Positions 10,042 through 23,752 of a stretch of DNA of 64,000 nucleotides are shown one piece after another. A program made the translations under genes and the position numbers. Origin of the DNA: Alphaproteobacteria bacterium (GTDB lineage Bacteria; Pseudomonadota; Alphaproteobacteria; Bin95). The notes beneath the pieces are model-generated. The model was given only the letters and a program-made list of their open reading frames with translations. It was not told where the DNA came from and did no database searches. Position 1 is the first letter of the stretch, and every line of letters starts with the position of its first letter. The stretch lies in contig OZ224045.1 in the NCBI GenBank assembly GCA_963665325.3, positions 1,824,001 through 1,888,000 on the forward strand, given 5' to 3'.

Positions 10042-12099
10042 ATGGCTGATCTTCGGACGCGGTACCGCATCGGCGTCGATGTCGGCGGCACCTTCACCGA
10101 CCTGATGGTTCTGGATGGGCAGACCGGCGCAGTCTACGCCCTCAAGACCCCGACTACGCCGGCGGATCCGTCCGAGGGCCTGCTCGCGGGCATTGCCGAA
10201 GCGGCGGCACGCGTCGGCTTCGAGCCGGGCGAGGTCGGGTTCATCCTGCACGGCACAACCATCGCCACCAATGCCGTTCTCGAGCGCAAGCTGCCGGACG
10301 GTGCGCTGATCGCCAATGCGGGGTTCGCGGATGTGCTGGAGATCGGCCGCCATGTGCGCCGCGAGCCCTATACGCTGAAGCCGACGCCGCAGACCGTGCT
10401 TGTCCCGCGGGACCGGCGCTACGGCGTCGAGGGGCGGATGCGCTGGGACGGCAGCGAGGAGGCGCCGCTCGACGAGGAAGCAGTCGCGCGTGTCGCGCGG
10501 GACCTGTCGGAGGCCGGCATCGGTGCGGTCGCCATTGCGTTTCTTCATGCCTACCGCGATCCGGCGCATGAACGCCGTGTCGCAGAGATACTGGCGGAGG
10601 CGGCGCCCGGCATTCCCGTGTCGCTCTCCTCGGAGGTCAGCCCCGAGATCCGCGAGTACGAGCGGGCTTCGACCACTGTGCTCAACGCGCTGCTCGTGCC
10701 GGTGGTGCGCGTCTATCTGGAACGGCTGGAGGCAAGGCTCCGCGAGGCCGGACTGGATGCGCGGCTCTATCTCGTCCAGTCCAACGGAGGGGTGACGACG
10801 CCGGCTCAGGCGGCGCGGCTGCCCGTGCGGCTGCTGCTGTCAGGGCCTTCGGGCGGGGCAATGGCGGCGGCCGAACTCTCGCGGAGGCTCCGGCAGCCTA
10901 ACCTGGTGGCGGTCGATATGGGCGGTACCAGCTTCGATGTATCGGTGGTTCGGGACGGCGAGGGCACGGTGGTGACTGAAGGCGAGATCGACGGCCTGCC
11001 GGTGCGCCTGCCGATGGTGGAGATGCGCACCATCGGGGCCGGTGGCGGGTCCATCGCCTCCGTGGCTGCCGGCGGGGCGCTCAGCGTGGGGCCGCGAAGC
11101 GCGGGCGCCGACCCGGGACCCGCCGCCTACGGAAAGGGCGGCGCAGAGCCGACCGTCACCGATGCCAATATCGTGCTCGGCCGGCTGGACCCGGACTTTT
11201 TCCTCGGCGGCGCGCTGAAGCTGGACGCGGGTCTAGCGCGCGCCGCGGTTGCGGAGCGGGTGGCGGGTCCGCTCGGACTCGGCGTGGAGGAAGCGGCAGA
11301 GGGCATCCTTGCGGTCGTCAACGCGCATATGGCGTCCGCTATCAAGCTCAGCCTGTTCGAAAAGGGCGCGGACCCGCGCGACTTCGCCATCGCCGCATTC
11401 GGCGGCGCCGGCGGCCTGCACGCCGTCAGTCTCGCGGAAGAGCTGGAGATCGGCGAGGTGGTGTTCCCGCGCGACCCCGGCACCTTCTCGGCGCGCGGCA
11501 TACTGACCGCAGACATCGCGCACGATGTGGCGCGCTCGCGCCTGCTCGATGCCGATGAGGAGGCGCTGCCGGTGCTGGCCGGCCTTGCGGCAGATCTGGT
11601 CGAGGAAGGCCATGCGTTGCTGGCGGCGGACGGCATTACGGAGGACGCGCGCCAGATCCGTCTGGCGGCCGACATGCGCTATCGCGGCCAGGCCTACGAA
11701 CTGCTGGTTCCTTGGGGCGATGCGAGGCCCGACGGGCCGTCGCTCGCACGGCTGGTCGCCGATTTCCACGATCTGCACCAGGCGCGCTATGCGCATTCGG
11801 ACCCGGACGCGCCGGTCGAGATCGTGACCTTGCGCGCGACTGCAAGGGGATGGCTGCCCAAACCGGCCATAAAGCTGCCCGCCGCAATGGATGTCGTGCC
11901 GAAGGGCGAGCGGCGCGTCTGGATAGGGGGAGGCTGGCGCCAACTGCCTGTCTACGACCGCGACCGCCTGCCGGAAGCGGTCGAGGGGCCTGCCCTCATC
12001 GAGGAGGCCCATGCGACGCTTCTGGCGCCGCCGGGTTGGCGTCTGGAGATGTCGCCGGGCGGCGACCTTGTGGCGCGGCGCAGGGGAGAAGGCGCATGA
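10042..12099 (+). CDS. Hydantoinase/oxoprolinase subunit A
   Basis: GVDVGGTFTD, HGTTIATNA, SGPSGG, DMGGTSFD, GPRSAGADPGP. Confidence 0.92.
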   Translation: MADLRTRYRIGVDVGGTFTDLMVLDGQTGAVYALKTPTTPADPSEGLLAGIAEAAARVGFEPGEVGFILHGTTIATNAVLERKLPDGALIANAGFADVLEIGRHVRREPYTLKPTPQTVLVPRDRRYGVEGRMRWDGSEEAPLDEEAVARVARDLSEAGIGAVAIAFLHAYRDPAHERRVAEILAEAAPGIPVSLSSEVSPEIREYERASTTVLNALLVPVVRVYLERLEARLREAGLDARLYLVQSNGGVTTPAQAARLPVRLLLSGPSGGAMAAAELSRRLRQPNLVAVDMGGTSFDVSVVRDGEGTVVTEGEIDGLPVRLPMVEMRTIGAGGGSIASVAAGGALSVGPRSAGADPGPAAYGKGGAEPTVTDANIVLGRLDPDFFLGGALKLDAGLARAAVAERVAGPLGLGVEEAAEGILAVVNAHMASAIKLSLFEKGADPRDFAIAAFGGAGGLHAVSLAEELEIGEVVFPRDPGTFSARGILTADIAHDVARSRLLDADEEALPVLAGLAADLVEEGHALLAADGITEDARQIRLAADMRYRGQAYELLVPWGDARPDGPSLARLVADFHDLHQARYAHSDPDAPVEIVTLRATARGWLPKPAIKLPAAMDVVPKGERRVWIGGGWRQLPVYDRDRLPEAVEGPALIEEAHATLLAPPGWRLEMSPGGDLVARRRGEGA

Positions 12100-13721
12100 C
12101 CGACCTCAGCCCGATCGACATCGAGATCATCCGCAATGCGCTGGTCGCGGCGGCGGAGGACATGAACGTGACTATCTGGCGCACGGCCCGTTCCACGGTC
12201 GTGCGCGAGACGCTCGACTATTCGACCGCCATATTCGACGCAGACGGACGCAACGTCGCTCAGTCGGCGCGCATTGCCATCCACCTGAATTCCATGGCGA
12301 CCTGCCTCGAAGGCATCCTCGCGGAGCCCATCCCGCTGGACGAGTGGCGCGAGGGCGATGTCATCGTCACCAACGACCCCTATTCCGGCGGCCAGCACCT
12401 GCCCGACATACTGACCTTCAAGCCGGTCTATTTCCGGGGCCGGCGGATCGCGATTACCGGCACGCTCACCCACCACACCGATGTCGGCGGCGGCGCCCCG
12501 GGCAGCTACGACGCCAAGGCGCGCGAGATCTATCAGGAAGGCTTGCGGATCCCGCCCTGCAAGGTCGTGGAGGCCGGGCGGGCCAACAGGGCGCTGCTCG
12601 GTGTCCTCTATGCCAATACCCGCGAGCCGGAGAAGGTGCGGGGCGATTTCGAGGCCCAGCTCGCCTCGCTCGATATCGGCGCGGCCGGCGTGCTGCGCGT
12701 GGCCGAGCGGTTCGGCCCCGACAGGCTGGAAGCCGCCACGGATCGCATTCTCGACCGGTCCGAGGCGGCGATGCGGGCGGCTATCGCGGGCATTCCGGAC
12801 GGCACCTACCGCTTCGAGGATTTCGTGGACGATGACGGCATCACGGAGGAGCCGCGCCTGATTGCCGCCGAGGTCCGGATCGACGGCGAGACGGCGGAAG
12901 TCGATTTGTCCGCTTCGGGCCCGCAGGCGGCGGGGCCGGTCAACTGCACGCTCAACATGTCGAAATCGGCCGTCTACTGCGCCTTCATGTGCGCCGCGGG
13001 GGTCGAGGTCCCGGCGAATTCCGGCGCCTACCGGCCGGTCGAAATCGGGGCGCGCGAGGGCACGATCTGCAATGCGCTGCCGCCCGCGCCGGTGGCGAAC
13101 CGCATGGCGACGGCGCACAGGATCGTCACCACCGTTCTGGGCGCGCTCGGCCGGGCGGCGCCGGAGCGCATATCCGCCGCCTATTACGGGGTCAGCTACG
13201 TCTATGCGCTGGGGCTCAAGGGGCGCTCGGGCCGGCCCGAGGTCTATTTCGACATCGAGGTCGGCGGCTGGGGCGCGCATCCCGACGCCGACGGCGCGAA
13301 CGCGCTTTCCGCCTGCCTGCACAATCTCGCCAACACGCCTATCGAGATGGTCGAGAGCCTGTATCCGCTCACGGTCACCGAATACGGCCTCGCACCGGGA
13401 AGCGGGGGGCAGGGCAGGCGGCGCGGCGGCCTCGGGCTCCGGCGCGAGTTCCGGCTGGATGCGGATGAGGGCATGTTCTCGACCAATTACGAACGTTTCC
13501 GGGTACCGCCCTACGGTCTCCACGGCGGGGGTTCCGGTGCGCCGGGGCGTTCGGTGCTGACGCGAGGCGAGGAGAGAATCGAGCTCGGCTCCAAGGTATC
13601 CAACCTTCCGGTGCGCCGGGGCGACCGCATCCTGCTGCAAACCTCCGGCGGCGGCGGGCACGGGACGCCGGAAGATCGCGACACCCGGGACATCGCCCGC
13701 GACCGGCGGCTCGGCTATTGA
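12096..13721 (+). CDS. Hydantoinase B/oxoprolinase subunit
   Basis: NDPYSGGQHLPD, HHTDVGG, EIYQEG, NTPIEMVE, TSGGGGHG; ATGA overlap with subunit A. Confidence 0.92.
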   Translation: MTDLSPIDIEIIRNALVAAAEDMNVTIWRTARSTVVRETLDYSTAIFDADGRNVAQSARIAIHLNSMATCLEGILAEPIPLDEWREGDVIVTNDPYSGGQHLPDILTFKPVYFRGRRIAITGTLTHHTDVGGGAPGSYDAKAREIYQEGLRIPPCKVVEAGRANRALLGVLYANTREPEKVRGDFEAQLASLDIGAAGVLRVAERFGPDRLEAATDRILDRSEAAMRAAIAGIPDGTYRFEDFVDDDGITEEPRLIAAEVRIDGETAEVDLSASGPQAAGPVNCTLNMSKSAVYCAFMCAAGVEVPANSGAYRPVEIGAREGTICNALPPAPVANRMATAHRIVTTVLGALGRAAPERISAAYYGVSYVYALGLKGRSGRPEVYFDIEVGGWGAHPDADGANALSACLHNLANTPIEMVESLYPLTVTEYGLAPGSGGQGRRRGGLGLRREFRLDADEGMFSTNYERFRVPPYGLHGGGSGAPGRSVLTRGEERIELGSKVSNLPVRRGDRILLQTSGGGGHGTPEDRDTRDIARDRRLGY

Positions 13722-14222
13722 GAATTCCGACGACAAGGGACGGCAGCCTGCAATGACATTGGAAACCGATGGGTTCCGCATCGAACTCGACCCGGAAAAC
13801 GAGCGCGCGGACATCGTGCTCGACCGCCCGCCGCTCAATGTCGTGCGGATGGCACAGCGTCCGCTGCTGCGCGCCGCCTTCGAGGCCTTCGACCGCGACC
13901 CGGCCGTGCGCGTGGTCGTGGTCCGGGGCGCGGGCGAGCATTTCACCAGCGGTGGCGACATTCCGGGCTTCATGGAAGCGAGTCCGGAAACCGTCTCGCA
14001 GCTTCACAAGAACGTCGCCGCCGCTGAGCGTTGTTCAAAGCCGGTGATCGCCGCGATACGGGGTTTCTGCATGGGCGTCGGGTTCGAACTCGCACTCGCC
14101 TGCGATTTCCGTATCGCAAGCGAAACGGCGCGCATGGCGCTGCCCGAGATCAATCTCGGCATGATCCCGGGCTCCGGCGGCTCTGCGCGGCTGCAGCGCA
14201 TGATCGGCATTTCGCGGGCTAA

Positions 14223-16292
14223 CCCAAGTTTAACGTTTTGGTGGCCGATTTTGTCGAGGTTGGCCGGCGCGGTGTCATCAAGCCATTGATATTGCTGGAT
14301 TGAGGTTTCCGGGGGCGCAATGTAGTGCCATAATATTTTCACTTGGGGATTTCGAGACCTTGCGCCCGCTCCTATGCTGTGCGCCATGTTCATTCGCCGC
14401 ACCAGGACCGGAACCGGCGAGCGCGGCGAGGTCTATTATTCCCATCGCCTTGTTCGCTCGGAGCGCGACGGCGGGAAGATCCGCCAGCGCACCCTGCTCA
14501 ACCTGGGGAGCGACTTCCCTGTCGAGCGGCGGCACTGGGCGGTGCTGTGCAGCCGGATCCAGCAGCAGCTCGACCGCCAGGCCGAGCTGGTTTCGCTGTC
14601 CTGTCCGGAGGAGGTCGAGCGGCACGCCCAGCGCATCGCCGCGCAATTGCTCAACAGCGCGCCGTCCGGCGGGACCGGGCGCCCTGACCTGCAGACGGTG
14701 GATGTCGGCTCCCTGGAGCTGATCCGCCCGCGTTCGGTCGGCGTCGAGCATGTCGGGCTGTGGGCCATGGAGCGGCTCGGCCTGGAGGCTTTGCTGGAGC
14801 GCCTGGGCTTCAACGGCACGCAGCGCGCGCTCGCCATGGCCACCGTGATCGCGCGCATGGCGGCGCCGGGCTCGGAGCGCGCCTCCTGGCGCTGGCTGTG
14901 CGAGCGTTCGGCGCTCGGCGAGTTGCTGGGGGTGGACTTCGAGCGCATGAGCATGATGCGCCTGTACCGCGCCTCCGACGCCCTGATGGCGCAGCGCGCG
15001 GCGATCGAGGCGCATCTGTTCGATCGGGCGACGGATCTGTTCGGCCTGCGCCACACGGTGACGCTGTACGACCTGACCAACACCTTCTTCGAGGGCGCGG
15101 CGGCGGCCCAGGCCAAGGCCGAACGCGGCCATTCCAAGGAGAAGCGCTCGGATTGCCCGCTCTTGACCCTGGGGCTGGTGCTCGACGGCTCGGGCTTCGT
15201 GCGCCGCTCCGAGGTGTTCTCGGGCGCGGTCAACGAAGACAGGACCCTGGCGTCGATGCTCGGCGCCCTGGGCGCGCCGGCGGACGCGCTGGTGGTGATG
15301 GATGCGGGGATCGCCACCGAGGCCAACATCGCCTGGCTGCGCGCGAACGGCTACCGCTATCTCGCGGTCAGCCGGGAACGCACCCGCCGCTTCGATCCCG
15401 AGCTGGCGCTGGCCATCGAGACCCGGTCGCGCCAGACGGTCCATGTCCACAAGGCGGTCGACGCCGAAGCTGGAGAGGCGCGGCTCTACTGCTACTCCGA
15501 GGCGCGGGCGAAGAAGGAACAGGGCATCGCAAACCGCTTCGCCGCGCGCTTCGAGGGCGAGATGCAGAAGCTCCACGACGGCCTCAAGCGGCCGCGCACC
15601 CGCAAGCGGCTCGACCATGTCTGGCAGCGGATCGGCCGGATCAGGGAGAAGAGCCGCGGCGCCGCGGCCCACTACGACATCGACGTCATCGCCGACGAAA
15701 GCGGCGAGAAGGCCCGGGCCGTCACATGGGAGCGCCGCCCGCTCGCCGGCACCATGGCCACCCATCCCGGCGTTTACTGCCTGCGCACCAACGTCGAGGA
15801 CTGGGACGAGGAGGCGCTGTGGCGGACCTATACCTCGCTCACCGATGTGGAGGCGGTGTTCCGATCGCTCAAGTCGGAACTCGGCCTGCGCCCCATCTTC
15901 CACCAGACCCAGAGGCGCTCCGACGGCCACCTGTTCATCACCGTGATCGCCTACCAGATGGTGCAGACCATCCGCCGGCGCCTCGCCGAGCACGGCGAAC
16001 ACGCCAGCTGGGCCAGCCTGCGAGCCATCCTCGAAGGCCAGCAGCGGGTCACCGCGACCTTCAGGCGCAAGGACGGACGCACCTTGCATGTCCGCAAGGC
16101 CACACGGGCCGAGCCCGAACAGCAAGAAATCTATCGCGCGCTCGGCATCGACCCCGCCCCTGGAGGCATCAGGAAAATGATCGTCTGATCCCGAACCGGG
16201 CGAAATAACCGAAATGTAGTGCCAGACGCGAAATTATTGCTCCGTAAGGCATTGATAATCAATGATCTTCAAAATGCTCTGTTAAACTTGGG
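14223..16292 (+). mobile_element. IS1634-family insertion sequence (2070 bp)
   Basis: Perfect 12-bp terminal inverted repeats CCCAAGTTTAAC (14223-14234) and GTTAAACTTGGG (16281-16292); CTAA duplicated at 14219-14222 and 16293-16296. Confidence 0.93.
14386..16188 (+). CDS. IS1634-family DDE transposase
   Basis: MFIRRT..QRTLLNLG, YDLTNTFFEG, RGHSKEKRSD, VVMDAGI, VEAVFRSLKSELGLRPIFH. Confidence 0.93.
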   Translation: MFIRRTRTGTGERGEVYYSHRLVRSERDGGKIRQRTLLNLGSDFPVERRHWAVLCSRIQQQLDRQAELVSLSCPEEVERHAQRIAAQLLNSAPSGGTGRPDLQTVDVGSLELIRPRSVGVEHVGLWAMERLGLEALLERLGFNGTQRALAMATVIARMAAPGSERASWRWLCERSALGELLGVDFERMSMMRLYRASDALMAQRAAIEAHLFDRATDLFGLRHTVTLYDLTNTFFEGAAAAQAKAERGHSKEKRSDCPLLTLGLVLDGSGFVRRSEVFSGAVNEDRTLASMLGALGAPADALVVMDAGIATEANIAWLRANGYRYLAVSRERTRRFDPELALAIETRSRQTVHVHKAVDAEAGEARLYCYSEARAKKEQGIANRFAARFEGEMQKLHDGLKRPRTRKRLDHVWQRIGRIREKSRGAAAHYDIDVIADESGEKARAVTWERRPLAGTMATHPGVYCLRTNVEDWDEEALWRTYTSLTDVEAVFRSLKSELGLRPIFHQTQRRSDGHLFITVIAYQMVQTIRRRLAEHGEHASWASLRAILEGQQRVTATFRRKDGRTLHVRKATRAEPEQQEIYRALGIDPAPGGIRKMIV

Positions 16293-16624
16293 CTAAGAAT
16301 GTTGCCATGCGCGGCCGGCGGATCACGGGGCAACAAGCCTTCGACTGGGGCCTCGCCTGCGAACTGGTTGAGGATTCGGAGCTCGAGGCGGCGACGGACG
16401 CGCTGGCCGAGGAGCTGCGCCGCTTCTCCCCGCTCGCCCAGCGCACGCTGAAGCAGGTGTTCAACGCCGGCGAGAACGCGCCGCTCGAACAGGCGATGGA
16501 GATCGAGGGCCAAGCCTACGGACGGCTGCGCATGAGCGCCGATTTCGCCGAGGGCGTCGCCTCCTTCGTCGAAAAACGCCGCCCGCAGTTCACGGGCGAA
16601 TAGCGTCCCCTTCGCTGCCTCGCC

Positions 16625-19207
<2,583 letters not shown>

Positions 19208-19343
19208 ATGTCCGTCTCCGTCTCCAGACGCGAGCCTCTGGCGGGAGGACCGCAACCTGCGCGCCGCTCCCGCTCGAAGACGGATATGGGAACCGCCGCC
19301 GGCGCCTGCAAGAAAATGCGCCGCGTCCGCGTGGAACCGGAAC

Positions 19344-19865
19344 TCAGGCTGCGCCGGCTGCCGCTTCTTCGGCCGAAGCGCTTTCCGCCGCCGGTGTCGC
19401 CGCGCCGGACTCTGCGGCAGCCTCCTCGACCGGAGCATTGCGCTGGCGGCGGCGGCGGCGGGGGCGAACGCCGCCCGCCTCGCTTCCCTCGGCTTCAGAC
19501 GACCTGTCGGCAGCTTCGCGGTCGGGCCGGGCCTCAGCCTCGGCTTCCTGAGCAGAGTCGCCGCTGCGCGAAGCCTCCGCAGGCCCCTGGTGCGGCTGCT
19601 GCTGCGCCGGGGGCGGCGCGAACTGGGCTACAAGGCGCTGATAGTGCTCGGCATGCTGGAACAGGTTTTCCGCTAGAACCGAATCACCGCTGGACTGGGC
19701 GTCGCGCGCCATCGCCAGATAGCGGTCGAGGATCTGCTGCGCAGTGCCGCGCACCCGTCCTTCCGGTCCATTGCTTTCGAGAGCCTGGTTGCGGTGGGCG
19801 GGTGCACGCCCGCTGCGCATATTGTTACGGCCGCGTGAGCGCCGGGGTGGCATGTTTTGTTTCAT
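19344..19865 (-). CDS. DUF4167 domain protein
   Basis: [41 protein letters not shown]; usual position upstream of clpB. Confidence 0.88.
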   Translation of the reverse strand: MKQNMPPRRSRGRNNMRSGRAPAHRNQALESNGPEGRVRGTAQQILDRYLAMARDAQSSGDSVLAENLFQHAEHYQRLVAQFAPPPAQQQPHQGPAEASRSGDSAQEAEAEARPDREAADRSSEAEGSEAGGVRPRRRRRQRNAPVEEAAAESGAATPAAESASAEEAAAGAA

Positions 19866-20175
19866 CTGCACTCTGTATCTAGAGGCGGTCATACACGGCG
19901 CCCGGCCAACGGCCTCAAATTCGCACCGTTCCGGCTCCGCTGCTCAAGCTGCATCCCGGAGCCCGACGCCAAGTTAGCCCGGAAGTTGGCTTTTGCAAAC
20001 CCTCCTTGTTGCGGGTGTCGCTGAAGAAGGACAAGCGGCCTCGTTCCCCCGGGAACCCGGACAGACCCACGATATGTCATGAAGTATCGCAACTGCCCGG
20101 GCGGAATGGGTTGGCAGAACGGAGCGGGGCCGACATAATCCTCGTCGCGTCATGCAAACCGGGAGGGGAATAAGC

Positions 20176-21774
20176 ATGGGTAATATCACACGCGCCGCGG
20201 CGTTCGGCCTCGGCGTAGCGATGCTGGCGGGCTATGCCGGCACGGCGCTCGCCCAGAAGGACGGGGGCATCCTGAAATTCTACCACCGGGGCACCCCGCC
20301 CAGCGGCTCGATCCACGAGGAGGCGACCAACTCGACGGTCTCGCCCTATATGGGCGTGTTCAACAACCTCGTCATGTACAAGCAAGACGTGGCGAAGAAC
20401 AGCCTCGACACCATCGTTCCGGACCTCGCGGAGAGCTGGAGCTGGAACGACGATGGCACGGAGCTCACATTCAAGCTCCGCCAGGGCGTCCAATGGCACG
20501 ACGGCAAGCCGTTCACTTCCGCCGATGTCAAGTGCACCTGGGACCTCGTGCTCGGCAAAAGCAAGGCAAAGCTGCGCAAGAACCCGCGCAAGGCCTGGTA
20601 CAAGAACCTAGAGGAAATCACCACGAACGGCGATTTCGAGGCCACCTTCCACCTGAAGCGCCGCCAGCCGGCCTTCATCGCGTTGCTGGCTTCCGGTTAC
20701 TCGCCGGTCTATTCCTGCCATGTGCCGCCGAAGAAGATGCGGACCAACCCGATCGGCACCGGACCGTTCAAGTTCGTCAGCCTGAAGCAGAACGAGCACG
20801 TCAAGTTCACGAAGAACGACAACTACTGGAAAGAAGGCAAGCCGCATCTCGACGGGCATGAGTGGACCATCATCAAGGCCCGTGCGACGCGTGTGCTGGC
20901 CTTCATCGCCGGCGAGTTCGACATGACCTTCAATGTCGATGTGACCGTTCCGCTGCTGAAGGATGTCAGGTCCCAGGCGCCGCATGCGGTCTGCGAACTG
21001 GTCACGACCAACGTCAGCTACAATCTGATCGTGAACCAGGACAACCCGCCTTTCGATAATCCGGACATCCGCAAGGCCATGGTTTACTCGATCGATCGGC
21101 AGGCGTTCATTGACATCATCGCCGACGGGGAGGCTGTGGCCGGCGGAGCGATGATGCCGCCACCGTCGGGCGTCTGGGGCATGCCTCCGGAAGTCTTGGC
21201 GAAGGTCGCCGGCTACGGTCCCGATATCGAGGCGAACCGAGCAGAGGGCCGCAAGATCATGGAAGGCCTCGGCTACGGGCCCGACAACCCGCTCGAAGTG
21301 AAGGTGTCGACCCGGAATATCGCGGTTTATCGCGATGCGGCCGTGATCCTGATCGACCACCTGAAGCATATTCATATCGCCGCGGAACTCGACACGGTCG
21401 AGACCAGCAACTGGCACGCGAAAGTGGCCCGCAAGGACTACATGGTCGGCCTGAACCTGACCGGCTCGGGTGTGGACGATCCGGATGCCAATTTCTACGA
21501 GAACTATTCCTGCGGCTCGCAGCGGAACTATACGGGCTATTGCAAGGAGGAGATGGAGGCGCTGTTCGAGAAGCAGTCGATGATGACCGACCAGGAAGAG
21601 CGCATGAAACTGGTCTGGGAGATCGACAAGAAGCTTCAGGAAGATGCGGCCAGGCCGATGATCATGCACGGCAAAGGAGCCAATTGCTGGCAGCCTTACG
21701 TCAAGGGCTTCGTCACGCACGTGAACAGCCTCTACAACAACTGGCGCCTGGAAGACGTCTGGCTCGACAAGTAG
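20176..21774 (+). CDS. ABC substrate-binding protein, family 5
   Basis: Signal peptide; PDLAESW, FKLRQGVQWHDGKPFTSADV, PIGTGPF. Confidence 0.93.
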   Translation: MGNITRAAAFGLGVAMLAGYAGTALAQKDGGILKFYHRGTPPSGSIHEEATNSTVSPYMGVFNNLVMYKQDVAKNSLDTIVPDLAESWSWNDDGTELTFKLRQGVQWHDGKPFTSADVKCTWDLVLGKSKAKLRKNPRKAWYKNLEEITTNGDFEATFHLKRRQPAFIALLASGYSPVYSCHVPPKKMRTNPIGTGPFKFVSLKQNEHVKFTKNDNYWKEGKPHLDGHEWTIIKARATRVLAFIAGEFDMTFNVDVTVPLLKDVRSQAPHAVCELVTTNVSYNLIVNQDNPPFDNPDIRKAMVYSIDRQAFIDIIADGEAVAGGAMMPPPSGVWGMPPEVLAKVAGYGPDIEANRAEGRKIMEGLGYGPDNPLEVKVSTRNIAVYRDAAVILIDHLKHIHIAAELDTVETSNWHAKVARKDYMVGLNLTGSGVDDPDANFYENYSCGSQRNYTGYCKEEMEALFEKQSMMTDQEERMKLVWEIDKKLQEDAARPMIMHGKGANCWQPYVKGFVTHVNSLYNNWRLEDVWLDK

Positions 21775-21797
21775 CCGGGCCGTTTCGACATGCGACG

Positions 21798-21830
21798 AAC
21801 CGGGGCGTCTTCCGAGGCGCCCCGGTTTTC
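21798..21830 (+). terminator. Stem-loop after the substrate-binding gene (terminator or mRNA stabiliser)
   Basis: AACCGGGGCGTCT-TCCG-AGGCGCCCCGGTT followed by TTC. Confidence 0.65.
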
Positions 21831-21875
21831 CTGTAATCGATCTGCTGGCGAAAGCACGGGGAAGGGGGGCAGTCC

Positions 21876-22823
21876 TTGAGCGCCTATATCGTCAAGCGCT
21901 TCCTGTTGATGATCCTGACGCTTGTCGGGATGTCGATCATCATCTTCGTGCTGCTGCGGCTGATGCCCGGCAATATCGTCGATATCATGTTCGACTCCGC
22001 CGGGTTCGTGGATCCGGCGGAAAAGGCGAATATCGAACGTGAGCTGGGCCTCGACCGGCCGATTCCGGTCCAGTATTTCGACTGGATCCGAGGGCTGATC
22101 GTCTGGGACCTGGGCTTCTCCTATGTGTCGGAAATGCCGGTGGTGGACGAGCTTCAGCCGCGGATCCCGATCACGGCCAAACTCGCCGCGCTCTCGCTGT
22201 TCTTCTCGGTCCTGTTCGGGCTGCCGCTCGGCGTCATCAGCGCCGTGCGCCAGAACTCGGCGATGGACTACATCCTGCGCTGCATATCGCTCAGCGGCCT
22301 GTCCCTGCCGTCCTTCTGGCTGGCCCTGCTGATCCTGATGGCCTTCGTTCAATATACCGGGACGATCCCGATCTACATGAACCCGCCGGAGAATCTCTGG
22401 GACGAACTGGTGCTCTACAGCATACCGGCAGCCGCCGTCGGCTTCCGGTCTTCAGCGCTCATCATGCGGCTTACCCGGTCGTCCATGCTGGAAGTGATGC
22501 GCCAGGATTATATCCGCACGGCGCGATCCAAGGGGGCAACCGACAACTCCGTCAACTACCACCATGCACTGAAGAACGCGGTGCTGCCGGTGACGACGAT
22601 CATCGGCATCGAGGCCGCGTTCCTGATCGGCGGGCTCATCATCACCGAAACGGTGTTCAACATTCCGGGCGTCGCGCATTTCCTGGTCGAGGCGATCCTG
22701 ATGCGCGACTACCCGATCGTGCAGAACCTAGTGATGCTGATTGCGCTGGTGACGGTGCTCATCAACTTCCTGGTGGACATGCTCTACGCGGTGCTCGACC
22801 CGAGGATCAAATATGCTGACTGA
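21876..22823 (+). CDS. ABC permease (OppB/DppB-like)
   Basis: MPGN..LGLDRP..QY; RSSMLEVMRQDYIRTARSKG; DPRIKY. Confidence 0.93.
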   Translation: MSAYIVKRFLLMILTLVGMSIIIFVLLRLMPGNIVDIMFDSAGFVDPAEKANIERELGLDRPIPVQYFDWIRGLIVWDLGFSYVSEMPVVDELQPRIPITAKLAALSLFFSVLFGLPLGVISAVRQNSAMDYILRCISLSGLSLPSFWLALLILMAFVQYTGTIPIYMNPPENLWDELVLYSIPAAAVGFRSSALIMRLTRSSMLEVMRQDYIRTARSKGATDNSVNYHHALKNAVLPVTTIIGIEAAFLIGGLIITETVFNIPGVAHFLVEAILMRDYPIVQNLVMLIALVTVLINFLVDMLYAVLDPRIKYAD

Positions 22824-22858
22824 CCGACACGCCGATCCGGGTTGCAGGGAGCGCGGCG

Positions 22859-23752
22859 ATGGCTGAGATCGACCATCAAGCCGAATTGGGCCGCGCCGGC
22901 GCGCATGTTACCGGGCACTGGAGCCGGCTCCTGTTCTACATGCGCCAACATCCGCTCGGTGCGATCGGCGCCGTCATCGTGATCGTCTTCGTGTTCTCGG
23001 CGTTGTTTGCCGATGTGATCGCGCCGCGCGACCCGCTGCATACTTCCGCTCCGGATTCTCTGAAAGAGCCCGGAACCGCATTCCTGATGGGGGCCGACAT
23101 GATGGGCCGGGATGTGCTGAGCCGCATCATCCACGGCGCGCGCATTTCGCTTACCGTCGGCGTGGCCTCGATCCTGCTCGGCGGCATGATCGGAATCGTG
23201 ATCGGCCTCATGTCGGGCTACCTGCTGGGCTGGTTCGACCTGCTGATGCAGCGCCTGATCGACATCATGCAGGCCCTGCCTCTGCTCGTGCTGGCGCTTG
23301 TCATGGCGGCCTCGCTTGGGCCGTCGCTGGAAAACACCATCATCGCAATTTCGATACCGCTTGTGCCTAACGTGGCGCGCGTCGTGCGTTCCAGCACGCT
23401 TTCGCTCCGGGAGATGCCCTTCGTGGAGGCGGCGCGGGCGGCGGGCATGAGCGAGATCAGGGTCGCCGTTCGCCATGTGCTGCCGAACACGCTGGCGCCG
23501 CTGATCGTGCTGTTCACGGCGCAGCTCGGCGCGGCGATTCTGGTCGAGGCGTCGCTTTCTTTCCTCGGCCTCGGCGTGCCGGAGCCGCATCCGTCCTGGG
23601 GCCGCATGTTGTCCGAATCGGCAGCGGAATATGTACGGGTCGCGCCCTGGCTGGTGGTATTCCCCGGCATCGCGATCAGCCTCGCCGTATTCGGCACCAA
23701 TCTCTTTGGGGACGCGGTTCGCGACATCCTCGATCCGCGGCAACGGAGTTGA
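22859..23752 (+). CDS. ABC permease (OppC/DppC-like)
   Basis: [21 protein letters not shown]; EAARAAG; [10 protein letters not shown]. Confidence 0.93.
   Translation: MAEIDHQAELGRAGAHVTGHWSRLLFYMRQHPLGAIGAVIVIVFVFSALFADVIAPRDPLHTSAPDSLKEPGTAFLMGADMMGRDVLSRIIHGARISLTVGVASILLGGMIGIVIGLMSGYLLGWFDLLMQRLIDIMQALPLLVLALVMAASLGPSLENTIIAISIPLVPNVARVVRSSTLSLREMPFVEAARAAGMSEIRVAVRHVLPNTLAPLIVLFTAQLGAAILVEASLSFLGLGVPEPHPSWGRMLSESAAEYVRVAPWLVVFPGIAISLAVFGTNLFGDAVRDILDPRQRS

Larger units (their letters stand above)
13753..16603 (+). pseudogene. Enoyl-CoA hydratase/isomerase gene split by IS1634 (13753-14222 plus 16297-16603)
   Basis: FTSGGD, GVGFELALACD and PEINLGMIPGSGG on the left; ..ISRA|KNVAMRGRRI.. 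rejoins in frame to 777 nt (258 aa). Confidence 0.92.

Noticed and set aside
11952-13973. Long antisense ORFs (here and at 14278-16125, 18134-19882, 50734-52557)
   Set aside because: Shadow ORFs expected from GC-rich codon usage opposite well-supported genes.
20071-20090. Single TGTCATGAAG upstream of the first ABC binding-protein gene as a fourth element copy
   Set aside because: Only one box and none of the 29-mer, 16-mer or hairpin modules; may be chance.
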